A stretch of DNA of 64,000 nucleotides from an uncultured Syntrophomonadaceae bacterium (lineage in GTDB: Bacteria; Bacillota; Dethiobacteria; DTU022). Position 1 is the stretch's first letter. Each line of letters begins with the position of its first letter. Under the pieces are notes generated by a model. It did no database searches and was not told where the DNA came from. It saw only the letters and a list, made by a program, of their open reading frames with translations. The position numbers and the translations under genes are program-made. Location: contig CAYMIW010000005.1 in assembly GCA_964390725.1 (NCBI GenBank), positions 29,709 through 93,708 on the forward strand, in the 5' to 3' direction. Of the stretch, positions 24,482 to 34,269 are shown piece by piece.

Positions 24482-25924
24482 TTATTTATTGTAAGTTTTT
24501 TTATTTTTATGGTACTTTTTATACCCGCTTCTGGTTCTGCTTGATGTCTGTCTCGGTTTATAACTGTTACCCTGATTGCGCCTTTGCGGCTGTTTCTTTT
24601 TCGGCTGCCAGTTTTGGTCTGCAGTTATGCTGACCGGGGTTGAATCGGGCTCCTTAACTAACATTTTTAATGCAGCCGCCAGCAAAGAAGTAGCAGAATT
24701 GCTTTCAAGCAGCTCTCTGGCGGTTTCTTTGTAAAGCCGGTAATCTTCTTTTTCAACAATTTGAAGTATTTTTTCAGCGGCCAGTCTTTGCTGACCTTTT
24801 ATGGCTTCGTCCAGGGTTGGTACTGACTGGTGAATAATCTTGCGCTTAATAATTCTTTCAATCAGCTCTAAATGATTAAGTTCACGAGGCTGAACCAGGG
24901 TTGCTGCCACACCGGATCGCCCTATTCGTCCTGTACGTCCAATCCTGTGCACATAGCTTTCAGGATCCTGTGGAATATCAAAGTTATATATATGGGTTAC
25001 CGAACCAATGTCGAGACCACGGGCGGCAACATCGGTAGCCACCAGAATTTCTACGAGGCGTTTCTTGAACTTCCTCATAACGCTATCCCGTTTTGACTGG
25101 GTCAGATCACCATGAATGGCTTCAGCAGAATATCCCCGCTTACTCAGCGCTTCAAAAATTTCATCGACCCTGCGCTTGGTCCGGGCAAAAACAATGGCGG
25201 CATCCGGAGAGTGCAGATCCAGAAGGCGGCACAGGGTATCAAACTTATCTTTTTCATGAACCTTGTAATAATACTGTTCTGTATTCGGTACTGTTATCCC
25301 CGTGGCTTTAATAGTAATAAACTCCGGATCATGCATGTAGCGAAGGGCAAGTTCGCGAATCGGAGGCGGCATTGTTGCTGAAAAAAGCAAGGTCTGCCTT
25401 TCATCCGGCACTCCTGAAAGGATTTCTTCAATATCTTCCCTGAAACCCATATTCAACATTTCGTCAGCTTCATCAAGGACTACGGTGGAGATGTTATTGA
25501 GACGGATTAACTTTCTGCGAATGTGATCCATCAAACGTCCCGGAGTGGCCACAATTATTTGCGGTCGGTTTTTTAAGGCCTTAATCTGTCTTTCCATATT
25601 CTGCCCACCATAAATTGGCAGAGCCTTAATTCTTTTATAATGTCCCAGGGAGTTAAGTTCTTCGGCCACCTGGACCGCCAGTTCTCTTGTTGGTGTTATG
25701 ATTAATCCCTGGATAGCTTTATCATCAGCGCGGCACTTTTCAAGCAGTGGAATGCCGAAAGCGGCTGTTTTCCCTGTTCCTGTCTGGGCCTGTCCGATGA
25801 TATCCCTCCCGTTTAAGGCAACAGGAATAGCCTCTTTCTGGATCGCAGTTGGTTCTTCAAAACTCATATCAGCAATTGCTTTACGTAAATTGTCACTGAT
25901 ATTAAAATCATTAAATGCATTCAT
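24482..25924 (-). CDS. cshA: DEAD-box ATP-dependent RNA helicase (CshA/DeaD-like)
   Basis: Q motif, [30 protein letters not shown] and HRIGRTGR motifs; basic C-terminal tail. Confidence 0.9.
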   Translation of the reverse strand: MNAFNDFNISDNLRKAIADMSFEEPTAIQKEAIPVALNGRDIIGQAQTGTGKTAAFGIPLLEKCRADDKAIQGLIITPTRELAVQVAEELNSLGHYKRIKALPIYGGQNMERQIKALKNRPQIIVATPGRLMDHIRRKLIRLNNISTVVLDEADEMLNMGFREDIEEILSGVPDERQTLLFSATMPPPIRELALRYMHDPEFITIKATGITVPNTEQYYYKVHEKDKFDTLCRLLDLHSPDAAIVFARTKRRVDEIFEALSKRGYSAEAIHGDLTQSKRDSVMRKFKKRLVEILVATDVAARGLDIGSVTHIYNFDIPQDPESYVHRIGRTGRIGRSGVAATLVQPRELNHLELIERIIKRKIIHQSVPTLDEAIKGQQRLAAEKILQIVEKEDYRLYKETARELLESNSATSLLAAALKMLVKEPDSTPVSITADQNWQPKKKQPQRRNQGNSYKPRQTSSRTRSGYKKYHKNKKTYNK

Positions 25925-26073
25925 GGGTATAAACCTTTCTTTTCTGCCCCTTCTGTGTAAAAAAAGTAAGGTCAGGGGCTGTATTATATTTTCTGATAAA
26001 TAAGGGGCGTTTCCATAACGAAAGGAAATGCCCCGGTATTATTGTAAATAGTTTTCCTTTGCTTTGCTTAAGA

Positions 26074-26102
26074 AATATATCATGTATTTCCAACAAATGC
26101 AA
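26074..26102 (-). promoter_or_regulatory. Putative sigma-A promoter for the helicase, implying a ~140-nt 5' UTR
   Basis: Minus strand TTGCAT-N17-TATATT with extended -10 TG. Confidence 0.55.
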
Positions 26103-26179
26103 GAGGGTACGGAATACAGCTATTATTATAGTTTTTCGGGCGGATGCTGGCTGAAAAAGCAATATTTCGTCACCCCAGC

Positions 26180-27520
26180 CTATTCTGTTGTTTTCCCCAA
26201 GCGCAGGGCCTTCTCTGCCTGCTGCTCAGCTATCTCTTTCTGGGGGTAGCGGGAAAAGACGATCACCCCGACCAGCAGGAACACGGCAGCAACTGGACCG
26301 GTCAGGCGCACACCCAGCGGCTCGGCCGGCGTGCTGCCGAACCACTCCAGCAAAAAACCGGTAATCAGGGTGGACAGGCCCATGGCCAGTTTTAGAATAA
26401 AGTTTTGCGCCCCGTAATACATCGCTTCCCGGCGCTGGCCGGAAAGGGTTACCTCCAGGTCTGACACCTCGGCGACAATGGCGTCTGGTACCATGAAAAT
26501 AGCAGCTACCGGAACGCCGGAAAGAGCCATCAAGAGATAGGCAAAAGCATTTGGCGAGAGGAAACCGATCGACTGCCCCATAAAATATGCCAAGGGTAAA
26601 ATGGTCATAAAGCCAGCCAGGGACGTCATCATAACCGCTTTTAAACCATATTTTTTGGCGCAGAGATTAAGCGGCATAAAAGACAGCAGGGCCACTACCA
26701 TGACAATGCCGAGAAAAATAACCGTGTCACCTTCCGTTCCTCCCAGCAGGATGGTTACATAGAGGGGAATGCAGAGGGTGATAATATTAAAACCGAGCCA
26801 GAAGGTAACATTGCCGACTAGGTAGATTATAAAGGGACGATTTTTAAAAGTAGTCCTGATTGCCTCGAAAAGTCCCAGTGTAGCCGGCTCGGCGACTGCA
26901 TAATCCTTTTCTTTAATTAAAAGGGGGAAATAAAGCATTACCAGGCTGATCAAGCCCATAGTCCAGACCATACCGTGCGGGCTGAAAAGTTCGATGATCA
27001 CCCCGCCGAGTCCGAAGGCGATGACCATGGCTATCAAGCCGAAGAAACCCTTGATCGTGGATAGATCGACCCGTTCGCGATTGGTGCGGGCCAGCTCCGG
27101 CAGCAGAGCAACATAGGGACAAACATAGGCAGTATAGAAAATAAAGTACAGGCCGAGCATAGCGATCAGATAAATACTGTTGATCGGAGCCTGTCCCGCC
27201 ACGGGAGGGTAGAAAAGGGCAATAAAAACGGCTACGTAAGCCACTCCGCTGAAGAGCATGAAGGGCATTCGCCGACCCAATTTCCCTCCGTGGTTATCGG
27301 ACCAGCGGGCGATGAGCGGGTCGGTCACCGCATCAACAACCCGGCCAAAAAACATAATAATTCCGAAAGTTGCCGGCGAGACAAGTGGTTCATAACCCCG
27401 GATCGGACTGACCACATAATAGAAAAGCAGCCAGGTTAGCAGGATACGATCAATGAGGGCAAAGCCGCCCGCACCGACACCATAAACCCATTTTGCCCAG
27501 GTGGGCAGATGTTTTTTCAT
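26180..27520 (-). CDS. MFS glycoside-pentoside-hexuronide (MelB/GPH-like) cation symporter
   Basis: DAVTDPLIARWSD, GRRMPF, PYVALLPEL and G.RREAMYYG motifs; ~12 hydrophobic segments. Confidence 0.88.
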   Translation of the reverse strand: MKKHLPTWAKWVYGVGAGGFALIDRILLTWLLFYYVVSPIRGYEPLVSPATFGIIMFFGRVVDAVTDPLIARWSDNHGGKLGRRMPFMLFSGVAYVAVFIALFYPPVAGQAPINSIYLIAMLGLYFIFYTAYVCPYVALLPELARTNRERVDLSTIKGFFGLIAMVIAFGLGGVIIELFSPHGMVWTMGLISLVMLYFPLLIKEKDYAVAEPATLGLFEAIRTTFKNRPFIIYLVGNVTFWLGFNIITLCIPLYVTILLGGTEGDTVIFLGIVMVVALLSFMPLNLCAKKYGLKAVMMTSLAGFMTILPLAYFMGQSIGFLSPNAFAYLLMALSGVPVAAIFMVPDAIVAEVSDLEVTLSGQRREAMYYGAQNFILKLAMGLSTLITGFLLEWFGSTPAEPLGVRLTGPVAAVFLLVGVIVFSRYPQKEIAEQQAEKALRLGKTTE

Positions 27521-27558
27521 TTCTCAATTCCTCCCCCATGGCTGAAATACAGATCTGA

Positions 27559-28896
27559 TTAAAGAGAAAAGCTGACTCCACGCAAAACAGCGCTGAATAA
27601 CAAAATAATAAAGAATACAAAGAAAAGGGCTGAAAAATAGGTCATTGCTATTGAGAACCGACCGGGCCTATATTCCTGTGGAAGATAATATTTGCAGATA
27701 TAGACAGCAAGGCAGGCTACAACAGGAAGCAACAGGGTGTCGATCACCGCGGTTAGCTGAAGCAGAATTACCGGCGAAGGAAGAATTGTTGCAAATAAAA
27801 CAGCAAGAACTACATAGACGGCGACAAAAATACGGTAGCTGCTTAACTTTACCTCCCTTTTACCGGATCTATCTTTCAGGGCACCGGCGGCGACCCGGCA
27901 TAAACCGTCAATGTTGGCAACCAGGGTGCTGTAAAGAGTGCCAAAAATGCCCACCAGGAAAATAGCCTCGCCATTTCTCCCGAAAAAATTTCCGGCGATG
28001 CCTGCCAGGACGAGCCCCAGTTCATCGCCTTCAGGAACCAGCCCTGCAGGCTTGAGAATTGCTGCGCCGGCAATTAAAAAACCAACTGTCAGCAATGCAG
28101 TGAGAACAGTATTGATACATAGATCGAGTTGGTGAACCCTGATCCAGCCTTTGATCCTTTCGTGGTCCCCGGGCAGGGGAGCTGCGGTGGATCTGGCCGC
28201 TCCCCTGCCACTTCCCTGTGTCCACATAGAAAACCAGATTGTACCGATGGCACCTGCTCCGGCCCAACCCAACAGGGGTACCAATTCCTGGAGAGAATCG
28301 TGAGGAAAAGTGATCATCAGGCCGGCCAACAGTTCGCCGGAAGAAGGCGGCACTCTGACTACGGCATAGACAATAAAATAAACAATTACAGCTACTAGCA
28401 GGCGTGAGACAGTTTGCAGGCTTTTATAGCTGCCGCAGTAAAGAATCAGGCCGGCTCCCAACAGGGCGATCAGAGCCCACGTAATATAGGATAAGCTGGG
28501 GAATAGCCCTTGCAGAGTGCTACCGACTGTTAAAGCAATTCCGCTCATGCCGACAACACTGACAATAAAAAAGAGCCAGAATATCCAGAGGATCCAGCCA
28601 GCCGGCAGTCGCAGGGGACCGATTTTCACTTTGATCCGGCCAAAAGCAGAAACGGCATTTTCACCGGTTATTACAGTATACCTGCCGATCAGTTCGGTCA
28701 TGAAAAACTTGATGAAGATGGTCAGAATTGGCGCCCACAGCAGAGCCAGGCCGTAAATAGCCCCGGCCCGGGTGGCAAAAACCAGGGATCCCACTCCCAC
28801 CGCACTGGCTGACCAGACCAGGCCCGGCCCGAGAAAAAGCAACCTGCGCCAGCCTTTTGGCGGCTCACTGACATTGAAAGGTGTTTTCCCCTCCAC
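27559..28896 (-). CDS. Nramp/YcsG-like APC-superfamily transporter lacking the DPGN metal motif
   Basis: LGPGLVWSASAVGVGSL...AGAIYG..LLW and E.IGRYT..TGE; ~11 TM segments. Confidence 0.8.
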   Translation of the reverse strand: MEGKTPFNVSEPPKGWRRLLFLGPGLVWSASAVGVGSLVFATRAGAIYGLALLWAPILTIFIKFFMTELIGRYTVITGENAVSAFGRIKVKIGPLRLPAGWILWIFWLFFIVSVVGMSGIALTVGSTLQGLFPSLSYITWALIALLGAGLILYCGSYKSLQTVSRLLVAVIVYFIVYAVVRVPPSSGELLAGLMITFPHDSLQELVPLLGWAGAGAIGTIWFSMWTQGSGRGAARSTAAPLPGDHERIKGWIRVHQLDLCINTVLTALLTVGFLIAGAAILKPAGLVPEGDELGLVLAGIAGNFFGRNGEAIFLVGIFGTLYSTLVANIDGLCRVAAGALKDRSGKREVKLSSYRIFVAVYVVLAVLFATILPSPVILLQLTAVIDTLLLPVVACLAVYICKYYLPQEYRPGRFSIAMTYFSALFFVFFIILLFSAVLRGVSFSL

Positions 28897-28918
28897 AATA
28901 TATTCCTCCCTTACTTGC

Positions 28919-29674
28919 TTAAATTTCCATGGTTTCTCCTGGATGAAGAATCCGGCAGGCAGTACCAGTTACGTGGAACTCCTTTTTCCGAACGGAGAGG
29001 AATGCTTCTACCTGGCTGGTATATTTTATTTTCAGGTTATTGCCCAGATCCAGATATTTGCCCCGGCAGGAATAATGCATTGGTATAAAAAGGCGCGGCT
29101 TGATCCTGGCAGCCAACGCTGCAGCGGCGGGCCAGTCCATTCCGTCTGCTCCCACCAGGGGATAGCGGGCACAGGAAACCTGTAAGAAAGCAAGATCAAG
29201 AGAGGTTACGGCCAGCTCATCAAGGCTGGGATGATCCCGTGTATCTCCGCTGAAATAAAGCTTCTTTGCCGACGGGCTGCTCATGACCAGGCCAATCGCC
29301 TGCGGGCTCAGCGGATGAACTGCTTTCACCGCCCGAACTGTAACACCTTTTCCCGACCAACTTTCGCCAGGATGCAGGCCGACAGCATCTAAACCTTTTT
29401 TCCTGAGTTTGCGAGCTGCATCTACAGCGGTGACTACCGTACTGCCGCAGCAACGGGCCAGAGCAGCAGCAGATTCATCCCAGTGATCCAGGTGAATATG
29501 GGAAAGAAGGATCAGGGTGCAGGAATTAATCTGGTCCGCTCCGAGAGCTGGCGGTTCGAGACGGGGAGCAAGAAGGGCACTTAATTTTCCGGTTGAAAAC
29601 CAGGGATCGGTCAGCACCGTCAGCGAACCGTCTTCAATATAAAAAGTAGCTTGCCCGATCGAGGTGATTTTCAT
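28919..29674 (-). CDS. MBL-fold metallo-hydrolase (UlaG-like, possible lactonase)
   Basis: TDPWF, SHIHLDH (HxHxDH), SGDT and PMHY motifs. Confidence 0.88.
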   Translation of the reverse strand: MKITSIGQATFYIEDGSLTVLTDPWFSTGKLSALLAPRLEPPALGADQINSCTLILLSHIHLDHWDESAAALARCCGSTVVTAVDAARKLRKKGLDAVGLHPGESWSGKGVTVRAVKAVHPLSPQAIGLVMSSPSAKKLYFSGDTRDHPSLDELAVTSLDLAFLQVSCARYPLVGADGMDWPAAAALAARIKPRLFIPMHYSCRGKYLDLGNNLKIKYTSQVEAFLSVRKKEFHVTGTACRILHPGETMEI

Positions 29675-29681
29675 TTATCTT

Positions 29682-30671
29682 TCACCTCCCGTCGATATTT
29701 TCTTTTCTAAGATACCAGTCAAGGGTTTCAAGATGTGATTCCAGATCTGTACGGGTCGGTTCCCAGCCGAGAATTAGAGCAGCTTTCTGAATATCAAATA
29801 GTGAATCGTGAAAAGCCAATTCCAGGTGTTGTGGGCTGATCGGCGGGGTGCCAAACTTTGCCCACAGTTTGATCACTGCCCTGACCGGCTTTTCTGGAAT
29901 ACAGAGCATCCGTGGTTTCTGGCCGGTCTTGCGGTAGAGGGCTTCGATCGTCTCACGCAGGGTGGGAACATTTTTTGAGCCAAGGTTAAAAATCTCTCCG
30001 TCGCCGCGGCTGCTACATAAGGCAAGGCGTACAGCTTCTGCTGCATCCCAGGCATCGACCATCTGCAGTTTTACTCTTCCACTGCCGGGAATGATCACCC
30101 GGCTACCTGTGGCAACAGCTTTAAACTGGTCTAACAGGAAGGGTTCATTTTGACCAGGGCCGGCGATCGTCGGAGGCCGAAAAATTACTGCCGGCAGCCC
30201 GCGGTGATGGATAGACAATACAAGTTTTTCACTCTCCACCTTGTTGCGTCCGTATTCACAAATGGGTTTAAGGGGGGCATCCTCAGGACAGGGGATGGTC
30301 GGTGGTGGCCCATACACCTCAACGCTGGAAATAAAAACACATTTTTTCAGATCGTGATCCAGAGATGCGGCAATAACATTTTCGGTGCCCCCGACATTGA
30401 TCTCGCGCATTATTTTTTCGTCGGGCTGAAACTGAGCCAGGGCGGCCGCGGAGTGAACCACGGCATCCATGCCGGCCACCGCCCTGTCCACAGTATTTTT
30501 GTCCCGGATATCGCCGCGGGTAAAAGGGCTAACCGCATTTTTTTCCTGATTGTTCGGTTCCCGGCAATCAAAACGGTATACGCGGAACCCGGCATCAACC
30601 AGGGTGTCCACCAGGTAATGGCCCAGGAATCCCTCGCTGCCGGTCACTAAAACTTTCCAGTTACTGTTCAT
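29682..30671 (-). CDS. Extended SDR NAD-dependent epimerase/dehydratase/dehydrogenase (likely start 30671 or 30677)
   Basis: [16 protein letters not shown] and YGRNK (YxxxK); GGAGGAGG RBS inside the 3' end of the dehydratase gene. Confidence 0.88.
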   Translation of the reverse strand: MNSNWKVLVTGSEGFLGHYLVDTLVDAGFRVYRFDCREPNNQEKNAVSPFTRGDIRDKNTVDRAVAGMDAVVHSAAALAQFQPDEKIMREINVGGTENVIAASLDHDLKKCVFISSVEVYGPPPTIPCPEDAPLKPICEYGRNKVESEKLVLSIHHRGLPAVIFRPPTIAGPGQNEPFLLDQFKAVATGSRVIIPGSGRVKLQMVDAWDAAEAVRLALCSSRGDGEIFNLGSKNVPTLRETIEALYRKTGQKPRMLCIPEKPVRAVIKLWAKFGTPPISPQHLELAFHDSLFDIQKAALILGWEPTRTDLESHLETLDWYLRKENIDGR

Positions 30672-32289
30672 GATCATCCCTCCTCCATCCGGCTGCTCCG
30701 GTGTGAGCAGAACCGACCAGCGCCGCATAACGGGCTAGCATGCCGGTTAATTGCCGCTGTGGCGGGCGCCACTCTTTTCGGCGCCGCTGTAGCTCTTCTG
30801 GGGGCACTTCCAGATCAAGACGTCGTCCAGCCAGATCAATGACAATCATGTCGCCATCACGCACCAGGGCCAGGGGCCCCCCTTCCCGGGCTTCCGGAGC
30901 AACATGTCCCACTGCAAGGCCACGGGTAAAACCGGAAAAACGCCCATCGGTAACCAGGGCTATGGACTCGTCCATAGACTGCTGAAAAAGATATTCAGTA
31001 AGTGTAAGCAACTCCCGCATGCCCGGCCCGCCGCGCGGCCCCTCATAGCGGACAACCACCGTATCTCCTTCTTTAAATGCACCGGTCAGGGCTGCCTCGA
31101 TTGCTGCTTCTTCGCTGTCGAAAACTCTGGCCGGGCCGCGATGAATCACCTTTTCACTTTTTATTCCGCTCACTTTAAGAACAGCCGAATCAGGAGCGAG
31201 CGTACCGCGAAGTATGTTGATGCCGCCGAATGGCGCAAAGGGATCGGCGGGGTCCCTGAGCACAGGGTGCGAGGCAGTTTCAGCGCTGTCAATGTTTGCC
31301 CCTACGGAGCTGTTATTAACCGTAAGAGCTTCCCTGTGAATTAAATGGCCTACTTTCCTCATCACTGCCGGGATGCCTCCTGCCCGGTGCAGATCGAGAA
31401 CAGTGTATTCACCGTTTGGGAAGACAGCCGCAATACGGGGAACCCGGTTGGCGAAATCATTAAATTCGTTAATATCCAGCCTTACTCCCAGCTCATAGGC
31501 CAGGGCCAGTAAATGGAGAACGGCGTTGGTAGAGCCCCCGGTGGCCATCAATACGGTGATGGCATTTTCCAGTGCTAAACGGGTCATAATCCGTTTGGGG
31601 GTCAGTTCATTTTTCAGCAGGGCGAGAATGGAGGCGCCGCTTCTCTTGGACGAAAGGATTTTTTCATTGTGAACGGCATGAATTGTTGCGCTACCGGGCA
31701 AACTCATACCGAGAGCTTCGACCAAAAACTGCATAGTGTTGGCCGTTCCCATGCCTGAGCAAGCTCCTGCACCAGGGCAGTGGAGGGCAGCCATGAAAGG
31801 ATTGTTGTCTGGGACAAAAAGATTGTAAGGGAGCATGGCTCCGCCAGTGACAAAAATGGAAGGTAGATCAAGGCGAGCGGAGGCGATTAGCTGGGCGGGA
31901 ACGATTTTATCACAACCCGAGATGAAGACAAGGGCATCCAGATAATGAGCACGGGCCATCCCCTCAATACCGTCGGCGATGGTTTCTCGCTGTGGAAGGA
32001 TATATTTCATACCGGTCAGGCCGTTACTGTAACCGTCGCAGGGGGCAACGGTGTTGAATTCAAGGGGAGTTCCTCCCGCAGCCAGGATCCCATCTTTGAC
32101 TGCCCGGGCCAGATCGCGAAAATGGATATGACCGGGAACCAGCTCATTCCATGAATTGACCACCCCCACCAGGGGGCGGTCAATTTCCTCATCGGTCAAT
32201 CCCGCCCCGTGTAGCAGTTCTTTCCTGAGCATGGCTGTAAACAGCCGATCACTATTCTTCTGCAGGTTAGCACTTTTCGATTTCAGCAC
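30661..32289 (-). CDS. IlvD/EDD family Fe-S dihydroxy-acid/sugar-acid dehydratase (likely GTG start at 32289)
   Basis: [50 protein letters not shown] and TDGRFSG. Confidence 0.92.
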   Translation of the reverse strand: MLKSKSANLQKNSDRLFTAMLRKELLHGAGLTDEEIDRPLVGVVNSWNELVPGHIHFRDLARAVKDGILAAGGTPLEFNTVAPCDGYSNGLTGMKYILPQRETIADGIEGMARAHYLDALVFISGCDKIVPAQLIASARLDLPSIFVTGGAMLPYNLFVPDNNPFMAALHCPGAGACSGMGTANTMQFLVEALGMSLPGSATIHAVHNEKILSSKRSGASILALLKNELTPKRIMTRLALENAITVLMATGGSTNAVLHLLALAYELGVRLDINEFNDFANRVPRIAAVFPNGEYTVLDLHRAGGIPAVMRKVGHLIHREALTVNNSSVGANIDSAETASHPVLRDPADPFAPFGGINILRGTLAPDSAVLKVSGIKSEKVIHRGPARVFDSEEAAIEAALTGAFKEGDTVVVRYEGPRGGPGMRELLTLTEYLFQQSMDESIALVTDGRFSGFTRGLAVGHVAPEAREGGPLALVRDGDMIVIDLAGRRLDLEVPPEELQRRRKEWRPPQRQLTGMLARYAALVGSAHTGAAGWRRDDHEQ

Positions 32290-32303
32290 TGCAGAGCCTC
32301 CTT

Positions 32304-33578
32304 TCAAATTTGCTCGTAGGTTAAAATTTTCGCATTGTTACCATGCCGCTCCCTTGTTTTAGACAGCGCTGTAGAAAGATCGTCGCAATAATCCAGACCC
32401 AGGCGTTCTGCTTCAGGGGCTTTAATACCATCAGAAATCAGGATGACTTTAAACTTTTTGCGGGCGATAATATCTCCGATCAGGGCCAGATGGGAAGCTG
32501 CAGTAAGATCGTCAACTTTACCCTGCTTAACCAGAGCGGCCACCTCATTATATGGCCGGTAGCCCCACTCCAGCACGGCCGAATGCTCTTTTGCTACCCC
32601 GTCAGGGCAGGCTGCAACCAGAACTAGGGTGCCCTCTTCCCGTAGAAGGATATTGGCCACGTAGAGACCGGCCATTGCTTCCCACAGCTCCGGGCGGTCT
32701 GTTCCACCACCAACAATCATTACATCGGGTTGTTCCAGGGGCAGGTCAAGCAGGGGAACAGAACGGGATTTTTCGATAAGAAATCGGTGAGCCTGTACGA
32801 AGTCACCGGCGGCCAACCCGCAGATCTGCCCCAGTTTATTCTCAATAACGTTAATAATTAGGTGCAGGCCGACCATGCTAACCGCTTTTTCGATTTCTAA
32901 GCGCATCGGGTTGTTTTCCTGGCCGAATATATTTTCTACGGGATAGCTCGCTGCCGTCCAGTGAAAATAGTCAGTGGAATCTTTTCCGGCCAGTCCCGGC
33001 AGAATGATTTTTGCTCCACCTGACCAGCCAGCCACGGGATGTGGTTTTACTGTTCCCAGGCCAATGTGCAGCTTATCCTCGAAAAGGGCACGGTTAAACT
33101 GTAGCGGTATGCCGAGGGGTGAACAACCTTGCATGATCAGCTCGTCTGGTTCATTCCAGTTATGCCGCAGGAAGCGATAGTGTTCGGTAATATATGGGCC
33201 CCACTGTTTTTTCAAATCGGCGTCACTCATCGGTTTATGGGTTCCACCGGCAACAGCGATGATGACCCGATCGGGTCCGAACCCTAGCTTGAACAGTTCA
33301 TCCAGGAGAACAGTAAGAACCGGGGTCAGGTCGGTGCGCCGAGTATGATCGGGCACGGCAATGAGGACCTCCTCTCTGCCCCGCAGCAGCTCAACTAACG
33401 GCGGGCTGCCGATTGGACTGGAAAGGGCCTTTAGTAGATCACCTTTCAGATCACTCAGCGGTTTGGCAGGAGGTATGGAGGCGGTCTTGACCAGGTTATT
33501 CTCCTCAATTTCCGCGGTTAGATACTGATCGTAATAGCAAAAACGGACTTCCTTCTTAGAGCCGTCCATATTTTTCAT
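32304..33578 (-). CDS. LarA-family nickel-pincer-dependent 2-hydroxyacid racemase/epimerase
   Basis: [38 protein letters not shown] and ACPDG motifs. Confidence 0.9.
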   Translation of the reverse strand: MKNMDGSKKEVRFCYYDQYLTAEIEENNLVKTASIPPAKPLSDLKGDLLKALSSPIGSPPLVELLRGREEVLIAVPDHTRRTDLTPVLTVLLDELFKLGFGPDRVIIAVAGGTHKPMSDADLKKQWGPYITEHYRFLRHNWNEPDELIMQGCSPLGIPLQFNRALFEDKLHIGLGTVKPHPVAGWSGGAKIILPGLAGKDSTDYFHWTAASYPVENIFGQENNPMRLEIEKAVSMVGLHLIINVIENKLGQICGLAAGDFVQAHRFLIEKSRSVPLLDLPLEQPDVMIVGGGTDRPELWEAMAGLYVANILLREEGTLVLVAACPDGVAKEHSAVLEWGYRPYNEVAALVKQGKVDDLTAASHLALIGDIIARKKFKVILISDGIKAPEAERLGLDYCDDLSTALSKTRERHGNNAKILTYEQI

Positions 33579-34269
33579 ACACTTCCTTCAGGGAACGTCC
33601 TTCCCGGAGCTCCTGACGGGAGCGCCGTTCATCGTGAACCCTTTCTTCAGATAGCTTCAGAACCTGCCTGAGATCGACTTCACTGATTGGGATAACTACT
33701 ACCCCATCTCGATCGGCAAAGATTATATCACCCGGGTTAACTTTGACACCGCCACAGGTGATGGGCAGGTTCACTCCGCTTAGCTGAGCCCGGCCAACCG
33801 AATCGGTGGGAATGCTGCCCCGGGCCCAGACCGGAAAATCGATCTCCAGCAGGCGGGGGATGTCGCGAATCGGTCCGTCAACTACTGCACCAACGGAGCT
33901 GCAGTAGTAACGGGCTGTAGTTCCCATCAGTTCGCCGAAAGCTCCGGAACCGTAGAAACCGTTGGTGGTAATAACCATCATTGCTCCCCGGGGGACATTT
34001 TCAAAGACAGCTTCTAAAATTCCCTTCACAAATGATGGGTCCATGTCGGAAAGATGTCGCGGCATTGATGAATCGGCCATGTCTTCTTCCATTGTGAAAG
34101 CGGGCCCGGCAGCTGTCCGGTTGGAAATGATCGGGCTGAAACCCGCCGCCAGGGATGCTTCGAAAAATCCGAGTTCATCAAGAGAATCGGACACGGCTGG
34201 CGTATAGAGCTTTTCCAACCGTCGGCAAATCTGAAATATTTCTTCCTCTGAGAAGTTCATGCTGATCAC
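33556..34269 (-). CDS. RraA-family HMG/CHA-type class II pyruvate aldolase
   Basis: AVSDSLD, FGELM, VVDGPIRD and V.PGDIIFADRDGVVVIP. Confidence 0.88.
   Translation of the reverse strand: MISMNFSEEEIFQICRRLEKLYTPAVSDSLDELGFFEASLAAGFSPIISNRTAAGPAFTMEEDMADSSMPRHLSDMDPSFVKGILEAVFENVPRGAMMVITTNGFYGSGAFGELMGTTARYYCSSVGAVVDGPIRDIPRLLEIDFPVWARGSIPTDSVGRAQLSGVNLPITCGGVKVNPGDIIFADRDGVVVIPISEVDLRQVLKLSEERVHDERRSRQELREGRSLKEVYEKYGRL

Noticed and set aside
30661-32289. Calling the dehydratase the biosynthetic ilvD
   Set aside because: There are no ilvB/ilvC/leu neighbours and the context is catabolic, so the gene symbol was withheld.
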